A program made the translations under genes and the position numbers. This document shows positions 8,878-18,200 of a stretch of DNA of 64,000 nt, piece by piece (the stretch's first letter is position 1; every line of letters starts with the position of its first letter). The notes below the pieces were generated by a model. The model made no database searches, was not told the origin of the DNA, and saw only the letters and a program-made list of their open reading frames with translations. Source of the DNA: an uncultured Spirochaetaceae bacterium (GTDB taxonomy: Bacteria > Spirochaetota > Spirochaetia > SZUA-6 > RPPD01); contig CAZWYY010000001.1 in NCBI GenBank assembly GCA_964638895.1, forward strand, positions 28,088 to 92,087, read 5' to 3'.

Positions 8878-10575
8878 ATGCCGAAGATTGAAGTGAATGA
8901 AAGACTGTTTTACAGGTATCTTGGAAAAAAATTAAACCAGCCTGAACTGATCGATATTCTGGAAATCGCCAAGGCCGAGCTGGACGGGGTGGACAAAGAG
9001 CAGGGCATCCTGAAGATAGAGCTTAATGATACCAACCGGCCGGATTTATGGTCCACCATAGGACTGGCCCGGCAGCTGAAGCTATACATGGGGGCCTCCG
9101 CTCCCGGCTTTTCTTTTTTCTCCACTCCAGGCGAAAAAAAAGACACGCAGGAACGGGTGGTCTACGTGGACATGGAGTTGCAGCATATCCGACCTTATAT
9201 CGCGGCCTTTGCCGCGGAAGGGCCGGCCATTGAGGATCCTCTCCTGATCGATCTGATCCAATCACAGGAAAAGTTATGCGGGAACTACGGCAGCAAACGC
9301 AAAACCATAGCCATGGGCATTTACCGCTCGGACATCATCGAGTACCCGGTTCATTACCTGGCCGCGGAACCGGAAAACACCCGTTTTGTGCCATTGGGGT
9401 TGAAAAAGGAATACAATCTTAAAGAGATTTTGAGTGAGCATCCCAAGGGGGTGGAGTTCGGGTATATTGTGCGGGACTTTCCCAAATATCCCTTTTTAAA
9501 GGACAATAAAGGCGATGTCCTGAGTTTTCCCCCCATAATAAACAGCGATAAAATCGGCGCGGTGGAGATCGGCGACAGCAGGGTGTTCGTGGAGCTTACC
9601 GGTACGGATATTTACACACTGCTTCTGGCCGCATCGGTTGTGGCCTGTGATTTCGCGGATGCCGGATTTAGTATCAAACCGGTAAAAATCTGCTATCCGT
9701 ACGATACGCCGTTGGGGCGGGAGATTGTCACGCCCTTCTATTTTCAGCAGCCCGTTTCCCTCGATATTCACTACGCGAACAAACTGCTGGGAGAGCAGAT
9801 CCCGGCTGCGGAAGCGGCCGCGTTTATCAAAAAAATGGGCAACAGGGTGACGGCAGGCGGGGACTCTCTCACCATATACCCCCCGGCGTATAGGAACGAC
9901 TTTATGCATCCTGTGGATGTGGTGGAAGAAATCATGATGGGCCGCGGTATCAGAAATTTCACTCCTGTCACGCCTGAAGACTTTACCATCGGACGCTTGA
10001 GCCCCCAGGAGGAGTTTTCACGCTTGGCGCGGGATATTATGATCGGCCAAGGTTTCCAGGAAATGATCTATAACTACCTGGGCTCGAAACGGGATTTTAT
10101 AGAGAAAATGATGCTTGATTCCGGCAATATTATCGAGATAGCCAATCCCATGACCGAAAGCTACGAAATGGTCCGCAATTCCATCATTCCCAATATGCTG
10201 GCTTCGGAAGCCGTATCCGGGAACGCGGTGTACCCGCACCTGATTTTCGAGGTGGGAAAGGTGGTGCTTAAACATCCGGAAGAGAACTACGGATCTGTTA
10301 CCAGGAATTACCTTACCTTTTTCATAGCAGACCGGGAGGCGGATTTCAACGATATCAGCGCCAAGGTATCCGCGATATTTTATTACCTGGGCAGGACCTA
10401 CATCCTGCAAGAGCTGGATGATCCGCGCTTTATCAGGGGCAGGAGCGCCGAAATTTTTTACAACAAGCAGAGTATGGGGGTTATGGGTGAGCTCCATCCC
10501 GCGATCCTGGAAAACTGGGGCATTCAGATGCCCTGTACGGCCGCGGAAATCGACCTGGATGTTCTGCATCCCTGA
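8878..10575 (+). CDS. pheT: phenylalanine--tRNA ligase beta subunit, archaeal-type (565 aa, B3/B4 and B5 domains)
   Basis: immediately follows pheS (4-nt gap); length and motif pattern of archaeal/spirochaetal PheT rather than the ~800-aa bacterial form. Confidence 0.85.
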   Translation: MPKIEVNERLFYRYLGKKLNQPELIDILEIAKAELDGVDKEQGILKIELNDTNRPDLWSTIGLARQLKLYMGASAPGFSFFSTPGEKKDTQERVVYVDMELQHIRPYIAAFAAEGPAIEDPLLIDLIQSQEKLCGNYGSKRKTIAMGIYRSDIIEYPVHYLAAEPENTRFVPLGLKKEYNLKEILSEHPKGVEFGYIVRDFPKYPFLKDNKGDVLSFPPIINSDKIGAVEIGDSRVFVELTGTDIYTLLLAASVVACDFADAGFSIKPVKICYPYDTPLGREIVTPFYFQQPVSLDIHYANKLLGEQIPAAEAAAFIKKMGNRVTAGGDSLTIYPPAYRNDFMHPVDVVEEIMMGRGIRNFTPVTPEDFTIGRLSPQEEFSRLARDIMIGQGFQEMIYNYLGSKRDFIEKMMLDSGNIIEIANPMTESYEMVRNSIIPNMLASEAVSGNAVYPHLIFEVGKVVLKHPEENYGSVTRNYLTFFIADREADFNDISAKVSAIFYYLGRTYILQELDDPRFIRGRSAEIFYNKQSMGVMGELHPAILENWGIQMPCTAAEIDLDVLHP

Positions 10576-10592
10576 GACAAAGGAGGTGTGTA

Positions 10593-11075
10593 ATGGAGAT
10601 TACAGCCGTTGATGTCAGTCTTCCCCAAGACTGCAATATTGTCGTGGGACAGGCGCATTTTATCAAAACCGTGGAGGACATTGCGGAGATCATGGTGTGC
10701 GCCGTGCCCGGTGTCCGCTACGGACTGGCATTTTGTGAATCATCGGGACCCTGCCTGATCAGAACCGAAGGCAACGACGACTCCCTGGTGGAGTCGGCCG
10801 TAAAGGCCGCACAGGCGGCAGGAGCCGGGCATTCCTTCTATCTGATCATGAAGAACGCCTTTCCCATAAACGTCCTCAACCAGATTAAGCATTGCCAGGA
10901 GGTGGCGCGAATTTTCTGCGCCACGGCCAATCCTTTGCAGCTGCTGGTGGCTGGGACAGAGCGGGGCCGGGGCATCGTCGGGGTTGTGGACGGCTCATCG
11001 CCAAAGGGAGTGGAAACCGCTTTGGATAAAAAAAAGCGCAAAGAGCTTCTGCGCAAATTCGGGTATAAATTGTAA
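10593..11075 (+). CDS. adenosine-specific-kinase family (PF04008-like) small protein
   Basis: 160 aa; recalled similarity to the archaeal/Thermotoga adenosine-specific kinase family; GGAGG RBS; 17 nt after pheT stop. Confidence 0.55.
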   Translation: MEITAVDVSLPQDCNIVVGQAHFIKTVEDIAEIMVCAVPGVRYGLAFCESSGPCLIRTEGNDDSLVESAVKAAQAAGAGHSFYLIMKNAFPINVLNQIKHCQEVARIFCATANPLQLLVAGTERGRGIVGVVDGSSPKGVETALDKKKRKELLRKFGYKL

Positions 11076-11122
11076 GCAATATATGCAACGGCAAGCGGCA
11101 GGCTTGCCGTGAAGGAGAGGGT

Positions 11123-11494
11123 ATGAAGAGGTTGTTGTTATGCCTGATATTCATCGTGACATGCGTCTGCGTCTTTGCCAACGGAAACCCCAATCCTCTG
11201 TTGGGCAAATGGGACGTTTTCCCGCAGTTCGTGATGACCGCAGGAAAATGCATGATCGCGGGTGGGAATAGTGAAAGCTGGGAGTTCAAGGCGGACGGAA
11301 CCATTATTGTGGACGGGGAGGTAACCATTCCCTATATGCTCAGCAGCGAAGGTAACTACTTCACAGTCAATATGGATGAAGAAACCATGGATGTGTATTA
11401 TTACGTGGTAAATGATGATGTTATTTCCCTGGCACTCTATGTAAAGGACGAGAACCAATATAATGTGGCCGTCTGTACGCGTGCGCATGATTAA
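11123..11494 (+). CDS. small secreted hypothetical protein
   Basis: N-terminal signal peptide MKRLLLCLIFIVTCVCVFA; no recognisable domain. Confidence 0.55.
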   Translation: MKRLLLCLIFIVTCVCVFANGNPNPLLGKWDVFPQFVMTAGKCMIAGGNSESWEFKADGTIIVDGEVTIPYMLSSEGNYFTVNMDEETMDVYYYVVNDDVISLALYVKDENQYNVAVCTRAHD

Positions 11495-11587
11495 AAGGCG
11501 GCAACAGCCTGCAGGCGCCGGATTAATTTTGTTTTTATATTAAGGCGCGTACCGCCGATAATACGCGCCCTCCCGTACCGGCCGAGG

Positions 11588-12820
11588 TTATTCCTTCTCT
11601 TCCGCGTAGCGTTCGGAAATCTGTTTGATATGCGGAAGCACTTCAAAGAAGATGTCGACCAGTTCGGGATCGAAACTGCTGCCCGAAAGAGATTTTATCT
11701 CTTCCAACACCTTGTCCTGCTCCCATTTTTCTTTATATACGCGCTTGGAGGAAAGCGCGTCATATACGTCGGCGATTGCCACGATTCTGCCCCAGAGGGG
11801 GATTTCCTGTTTTTTCAGGCCCTTGGGGTTGCCCTGCTTGTCTTTTTTCTTCGGTTTGCCCGTGGCGATATTTATATAACCCGGGTAGCCCTGTCCGTTC
11901 CATTTTTCGTGATGGGTTAAGGCGATTTGTGCCGCCAACTCGTCGAATTCAGATTGTTTATCCATGAATAAACGCGCACCCAGATATGTATGGCCCTTCA
12001 TTATATTATACTCCGTCGGATCCAGTTTACCGGGTTTTTTCAGAATCGTGTCGGAGATGGCAATCTTGCCCACGTCGTGCAGCATGGCGGCCATGCGCAG
12101 CATATCTCTGTTCTTCTGCACCTCTTTCTCCGGGATGTTGTGAATGTTGGCGTATCGCTCGTAGATCTCAACCGCGTACCCAGCCACGCGGTTGACATGC
12201 ATGCCGGTTTCCTTTGGATCGCGCAGGGCGGACATTTTAATCATCCGCAGGATTATGGCCCTGGTCATCTGCGCACGCTGCAGGGCGACGGTGGCGTTGT
12301 TGCCGAAGTGCATGGCCAGAAGCTCATCGTTTTTAGTGAAAGGGATGATCTCATTTCTGGCGTTTTTTTTATTGATAATCTGTATCAGCCCAATGATTAT
12401 TCCGGTGTTCAGCTTCAGGGGGATGGTCAGCATGGAACCCGTTTTGTAACCGGCCAGTTTATCGTAACTGGGATCATAGTGATAGGGCGCATCGGGTGGA
12501 ATGGCGTATGCGTCAGGGATGTTTACTATCTCTCCGGTACAGGCGACATAGCCGGCGACCGTTTTTTTGTTGAGATTAAGCTTGAATATGGAATAGATGA
12601 GCTTCTGCCCGGGGGGAAGCTCCTTCTGCTTTGTTTCGTTTTGAGAGAATTTTATGGCAAGTTTGTCGGCCTCTACTATGTAAATAGAGCCGGCATCGGC
12701 CCGAAGCATACATCGCGCCTCGGTGAGGATTCTTTCCAGTAAAATATCCACGTCCTGGATGCGGTTGAACTCCGATTCAAGACTGAGGATTTTATTTATG
12801 TTTGCCGCATCCTTTGCCAT
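11588..12820 (-). CDS. GAF-domain HD-GYP c-di-GMP phosphodiesterase
   Basis: N-terminal GAF-like region, C-terminal HD-GYP motifs HDVGK and HHEKWNGQGYPGY. Confidence 0.85.
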   Translation of the reverse strand: MAKDAANINKILSLESEFNRIQDVDILLERILTEARCMLRADAGSIYIVEADKLAIKFSQNETKQKELPPGQKLIYSIFKLNLNKKTVAGYVACTGEIVNIPDAYAIPPDAPYHYDPSYDKLAGYKTGSMLTIPLKLNTGIIIGLIQIINKKNARNEIIPFTKNDELLAMHFGNNATVALQRAQMTRAIILRMIKMSALRDPKETGMHVNRVAGYAVEIYERYANIHNIPEKEVQKNRDMLRMAAMLHDVGKIAISDTILKKPGKLDPTEYNIMKGHTYLGARLFMDKQSEFDELAAQIALTHHEKWNGQGYPGYINIATGKPKKKDKQGNPKGLKKQEIPLWGRIVAIADVYDALSSKRVYKEKWEQDKVLEEIKSLSGSSFDPELVDIFFEVLPHIKQISERYAEEKE

Positions 12821-12900
12821 AAATGTATTATAAACATATACATGTAAAATAACAATCCAAAAATATATAGGTTTTTTTATATAGACCGCGTCCTGTGCGG

Positions 12901-15162
12901 TTAACGTACCTCAAACTGCAGTTGGTCCGATCCTGAGGCGCCCACGGCCGAAACCGTGTGCCTCCCCGATCCCAGATGGTAGGTATAGGTAAGCGGAGAA
13001 AAACCCCGTGCGACAAGCCTCCCGTCGAGGTATAGCGCCAACGAATCCTCCGGATTTGAGTTTATTACCTCTATGCGTATGGCCTGTTCATCTTCTGCAA
13101 TCCCCGGGTCGAAAAAAAACACCGCGTCATGTCCCGGATGCACGATTTGAACATCTCCGGTCGCACCTCCCGTACTGCCCTCGGCAAAGGAACGCCCGCT
13201 TTCCCGAGCCCAAAGTTGGTATTCGGCGGGATAATTGATCATCACCCGCCCGTTAACCTCCATGTGATATGAACAGGGTTCGGGCTCGGTTCCCACGGTA
13301 AAATATTCCTGGGTGACGGACTGACAAAGGGGTGTGGCCCTGCCCCCGGAGAGTGTGCAGATTTCCACCTTGTGGACATCGGGTATGGGGGGGAAGCCCT
13401 CGCCTTGTACGCTGAGTTGTGACAGAATTTGCACAACCACCTGCGCGGGCAGGGAGCTGCCGGGCGCCCCGATTACCGTCTGGCCGGAAAAGTTACCCAT
13501 CCACACGCCCATGGTATAACGGGGCGTCGCCCCGATGGCCCAGATATTATTGAACTGGTTGGAGGTGCCGGTCTTGAAAATCGCCGGAAACGGTGTGTTT
13601 AGGATGGAAGAAGGGCCGAACCCCGCGATTCGGCTTTTGCGGTCTGACAGAATGTCGCAGATAATTCCGGCACTCGACGGACGAAACACCTGTTTGGCCT
13701 GCAGGGCTGATCCGGGATCGCCCGGGTTCTGTTTTTTCCAGGTAAGCGGTAAAAATATTCCGTTCCGTGTAAACACGCCGAAGGCGCCCACCAACTCATA
13801 CAGTGAAACCTCCGCGTTTCCCAGGGCAAGCCCTATGCCCACGGATGAGGCCTGGTCCCTGATGGAATTAAAACCCAGCTCCACCAGCTTGTCTGTGAAG
13901 TTCTTCACTCCCAGACGTTCCAGCAGGTGGACCGCGGGGATGTTCAGGGAGGAGGCCAGGGCCACGCGCAGGCGGACCGGGCCGTTGAAACGCTCGTTAA
14001 AGTTAAGGGGGATGTAGACCTCATCGCCACCGAAGTCCGAGGGAATGTCTGGTAGGATAGAGGCCGCGGTGAATCCGTTATCAAGGGCCAGGGCGTAAAG
14101 GTAGGGTTTCAGGGTGGAGCCGGGCTGGTTTTTGATCTGAATGCCGTCTATCTGGCCCCCATACTCGTCGTCGAAGTAATCCTGGGAGCCCACGTAGGCC
14201 AGAATCTCCCCGGTTTTATTATCCACAAGCAGGCAGGCCCCGTTATGAATACGGTTGCCGTAGGCCGAGGCGATTTTTCCCTTTAATACCGCGGCTGCGG
14301 CCATGTTTAAATCCAGATTAAGCGAAGTATACACCGGTTTGCCGGAGGCCAGGTCCTTGTCAGTAAGCCGGGCGGCCACGTAATTGACAAAGTGCGGGGC
14401 CAGAAACGGCCACCGATACTGCGCGGCGCTTTTCCCGGCGGTGCTCAAAGCCTGCTTGATCTCACCGGCGGCCAGGGGAATGCCCAGGCGCCCGGCGAGC
14501 TTGAGCGCCGCCTCGGTTATTTCACGGCCGCCCGCCCGGGGGTTGTATTTGGCCGGGCTGCGCGGAATCAATGCCAGAAGCACGCATTGGGCCGGGCTTA
14601 AGTGTTCCAGCGGAACGCCGAAGAAGACCTTGGCCGCGGACGCCACCCCAACCGTATTAAACCCGAAGGGAATGCTGTTCAGCCACAGCTCAAGGATCTC
14701 ATCCTTACTCATTCTGGACTCAAGCAGCAGGGCGTGGAATATTTCCTCCAGTTTGCCGCCGTATCCTTGGCCGTGAGGAGAAATAAGCCGTGCCAACTGC
14801 ATGGTAATGGTCGACGCCCCCGATACGATCTCCCCCTGGGAAAGGTTCTGTCCTAGGGCGCGCAGCAGGGCCGGAAGATCATAGCCCCGATGCGAATAAA
14901 AATGCGCATCCTCCGCATTGATAAATACCTGGAGCAGCACGGGCGGCATGTCGGAGAGCGACGCATATTCCCGTTTTTGCCCGTTTTCCAGGGCAAAAAC
15001 CGAAAGCAGGACGCCGCCCCTGTCCAGAATATGCAGGCTGTAAGGTTTATGCCTGAAGTCCGCAAGCTCAGGGTACGGCCAGAAGGTCAGCAGCAACTGC
15101 AGCACCAGGCAGATACCGACCAGGCTTATAAGTATATTGGTTAAAAAGGCCTTGAGTTTCAT
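12901..15162 (-). CDS. pbpC: penicillin-binding protein 1C (transglycosylase + transpeptidase)
   Basis: GT51 motifs (EDAHFYSHRGYD, GASTITMQLAR, RKxxE), transpeptidase STxK (PGSTLKP); directly downstream of an alpha-2-macroglobulin gene as in E. coli yfhM-pbpC; start set at MKLKAF signal anchor (ORF-track start 15216 overlaps upstream gene). Confidence 0.85.
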   Translation of the reverse strand: MKLKAFLTNILISLVGICLVLQLLLTFWPYPELADFRHKPYSLHILDRGGVLLSVFALENGQKREYASLSDMPPVLLQVFINAEDAHFYSHRGYDLPALLRALGQNLSQGEIVSGASTITMQLARLISPHGQGYGGKLEEIFHALLLESRMSKDEILELWLNSIPFGFNTVGVASAAKVFFGVPLEHLSPAQCVLLALIPRSPAKYNPRAGGREITEAALKLAGRLGIPLAAGEIKQALSTAGKSAAQYRWPFLAPHFVNYVAARLTDKDLASGKPVYTSLNLDLNMAAAAVLKGKIASAYGNRIHNGACLLVDNKTGEILAYVGSQDYFDDEYGGQIDGIQIKNQPGSTLKPYLYALALDNGFTAASILPDIPSDFGGDEVYIPLNFNERFNGPVRLRVALASSLNIPAVHLLERLGVKNFTDKLVELGFNSIRDQASSVGIGLALGNAEVSLYELVGAFGVFTRNGIFLPLTWKKQNPGDPGSALQAKQVFRPSSAGIICDILSDRKSRIAGFGPSSILNTPFPAIFKTGTSNQFNNIWAIGATPRYTMGVWMGNFSGQTVIGAPGSSLPAQVVVQILSQLSVQGEGFPPIPDVHKVEICTLSGGRATPLCQSVTQEYFTVGTEPEPCSYHMEVNGRVMINYPAEYQLWARESGRSFAEGSTGGATGDVQIVHPGHDAVFFFDPGIAEDEQAIRIEVINSNPEDSLALYLDGRLVARGFSPLTYTYHLGSGRHTVSAVGASGSDQLQFEVR

Positions 15163-15212
15163 GGTTTGATCCCATCCCATGGAGGGGAATCCACTGGACT
15201 TACGCCCCCGCC

Positions 15213-18200
15213 TCATTTTATCACGATCAGCCGGCCCTGGGCCCGCCCGAACACCTCTTCCTCATACATGCACTCCGCGTAGGCGGGCGGGGTGGGATAA
15301 ATTCCCGGTGTGGTGGTGCGGAACAAAAAGGTCACTTCCTGCTTGCCGCGGTACAGATCGTCGAAATAGTAGATTACTTCGTTGTCCATGATCTTCTGTT
15401 CCGGACCGTAGAAATCAAAAAACAGGCCGCCCGGCGTCATATAGTAGGAGCCCTCCCCCACAAAGGTGAACTCATCGCCGTAGATCGTCTCCCGGACCCA
15501 TTGCCTGGAGGAGGTTCCGCCCTTATTGTAGTACCGGCCGGTGGTGACGAACGTGGCGTCCACGATTTCCACGCCCGACGGCACCGGAACCCGCAGGGCC
15601 ACAAGACTCCTGCGCTTGGAACTGGAGATCACCGCGTGCATCCTGTAGGTTTTTCCCAACTCAAGCTGCCGTCTCTCAATCTTGTTTCCGTCCAGGTCGT
15701 AAATTTCGGAAAACACGCTGAAGCCTTCATCGCGCGCGGGCGCGATCTCCGTGGGCAGGGCATAACGCATGCTGATGCTGTAATAGAGCATGCCCCTGCC
15801 CGTTTTGGTAAGCCGTAACGGGAAAAGGGTGTTGCGCTTCAACTGCGACAAGGGCGATTCGGACAGGGCGTATTCCTTAACATAGGTGCCCTTGGATATT
15901 CCCGCAAAATCCCTGACGATAAGCGGCTGGGAATTTATAGTCACGTCGGCCGTGAACCTGGTATCGCTTCCGGCCTCTCCCCGCAGAATCTCATTATAGG
16001 AAATAAGCGCCCAGGAAGTGTCCCAGGTATTGTTCCAGTACCCCTTTTTTTGCCTGCCCATCAGGGTATTGGTGATTCTCTGCAGCATATCATTACCCGG
16101 GTCCAGGTTGTGGTACAGCATCAAGAGCAGGGCCAGTTCCTGTACCGTGGAATCAAAATAGTAACGGTTTTCATAGGTCTCCACCAGGTCGATGGAGCGG
16201 GTACCTACCTTAATGAATTTTTTCAGGCGCTCAAGCATGGTGCGGGCCCTGCCGGTATCTCCCAACCTCTGGTAACTGAGGCCGAGCAGGGCATAGCCGG
16301 CCAGACCGATGCCGTCGCCCTTGTCGGCAAACGCCTCAAGCCGGCTGCGTACGTCCTCCCCGTACAGACTCAAGATGTACAGCGCGTACATTTTCAGGTA
16401 GTCGTTGATATATTTATCGTTGTAAAATCCGCGTACATAGGAAAGCAGCTTATCCCGGTTTATATCCGGGTCGATACGATACCCCCTCTCTTGTGCAAGG
16501 TACAGGTAGTGGGCCACCTTGGCCGAAACCAGGGGACTGGAGTGTTCGGTGCGTTCCAGCCAGAAACTGAATCCCCCGTCCCGGTGCTGGTATTTGGCCA
16601 GCAGGCTGAACAGGGATTCCACAAGCGCGCGCGAATCATACTTCGCGTACTCGGGGCCGAACTCCGCCAGCTTGTCCCCGAAGAGAATAAAGGGCAGGAT
16701 CGCTGACAGGCGCTGCTCCACGCAGCCGTTGGGGTAATGGATCAGGTAGCCCACGGCCTCGGCCAGGGCGCCCAGCCTGGTGGAGTCCAGGCGGATGGTA
16801 AGCCCCCCGTATCCCGGAGCGATGCTTTGCGGGATGACAAACCCTTCTTCGGCGAAGAGTTGGTCGGTTCCCTTTTTGGCGGTTTTATCCGTGTACTCGG
16901 TTTTGCCCATAACGGTGAAGGTTTCCGTGATCAGGGGCTTCTCCACCGTAAGTTTGTGTTCCAGCTCCTCCGAGAGCACGGGCGAGCGGATGGTAAACAC
17001 CAGCGTGGCCTCCCCTTGTTTAAGCGCCATCAGATTGAAGGCCACCTCCTCGCTTTTGCCGCCGCCGATCTTCACGGTTTTACTGGTTGGGCCGTGGACG
17101 CCTATGATATCGGTCCGCAAGGAAACAGACACCGTGTAGTCCTGCTTGCTTAGGTTTGTCAGGATACAGCCGGCGACGGCCGTATCGCGCACCCGCAGGC
17201 GCCTCGGCAGGGCCGCGCGCGCATTGATGGGGTTCTGCACCATGATCTCCTGCTCCTTGATGCCGAAGATCTGTTCTTTGGCCACTAAAGCGGTGGAACG
17301 GTAGGTGGTGAGGGTGTCCGGGAAAGTGAACCGGGCCACGGCCCTGCCCTGCGCATCAGTGACCAGGTACGGCTCAAACACGGCCAGGGGCACAAAATCC
17401 TTGCGCCGCTGCAGCTTGCCGCCCTCTCCGCCCCCGCCTTGCAGGTCCTTCACCTCGTAGGTGACGGGATCGATCAACAGCGAACGTGAGTCCGCGCCCA
17501 GTACGCCGAGGGGGAACTTGTAACTGTTGTAAAAAAAGCTTATCGGGTCGGGGACGTGGTAGTTGATCAGGTCAAGCACCCCCCTGTCCGCGGCCAGAAA
17601 GGTGACCTCCGCGCCGGACAGGGGCCTGCCGTTCTTTTTCACAATTATAGTAACCTCGGCCTTTTCCCCGGGCTTGTAAATGTCTTTGCCGGGGATGATC
17701 TCCACGCTGCAGGTCTTGGTATCGGTACTTACCTTGATGGCCGTGATGCCGAAATAACCCTTGGGTTTTCCCAGGTCCGGTTCAAAGTAGGATGAGGCCA
17801 CGGCCTCCCGTTTGGAATAGCTGGAAAGCGCCACATAGACAATAGGCACGTATTTTTCGATGATCGGAACCTCGATAAGCTGGGCCGAACCCTCGATGTG
17901 GACGATCTTCTCCTCAAATATCCCTTCCCGTTCGATGGTCAGCAGGTAGTCACCCCTGGGCAGGGGTGATTTGATGAGAATCCTGGCCTTTTCGCCCACC
18001 TCATAGAGTTCGTTATCCACCACAAGGTCAATATCCTGGGGGTTCCTGGTATCCCAGCGCACCCAGGAGCTTCCGGTGGCGTACAGGTACACATCGGTGA
18101 TTACCGTATTGTTCATGCCGTCCGCGGAGGTGAAGCGCAGAATATAGGAACCGGCCTCCGGGGGAGTGAGACTCAACTCCCCGCGCCCGTTTCCGATGCG

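Noticed and set aside
10018-10569. 183-aa minus-strand ORF
   Set aside because: Antisense within pheT
11544-11569. Hairpin GGCGCGTA...TACGCGCC between convergent genes as an intrinsic terminator
   Set aside because: The T-run lies on the wrong side of the stem for either strand, so I did not call it a canonical rho-independent terminator
11990-12742. 250-aa plus-strand ORF
   Set aside because: Antisense to the HD-GYP gene, whose motifs are unambiguous on the minus strand
16050-16706. 218-aa plus-strand ORF (and similar ones at 16737-17153, 18213-18776, 19974-20753)
   Set aside because: Lie entirely antisense inside the 5.8-kb alpha-2-macroglobulin gene; GC-rich antisense frames commonly stay open; no RBS or domain signal
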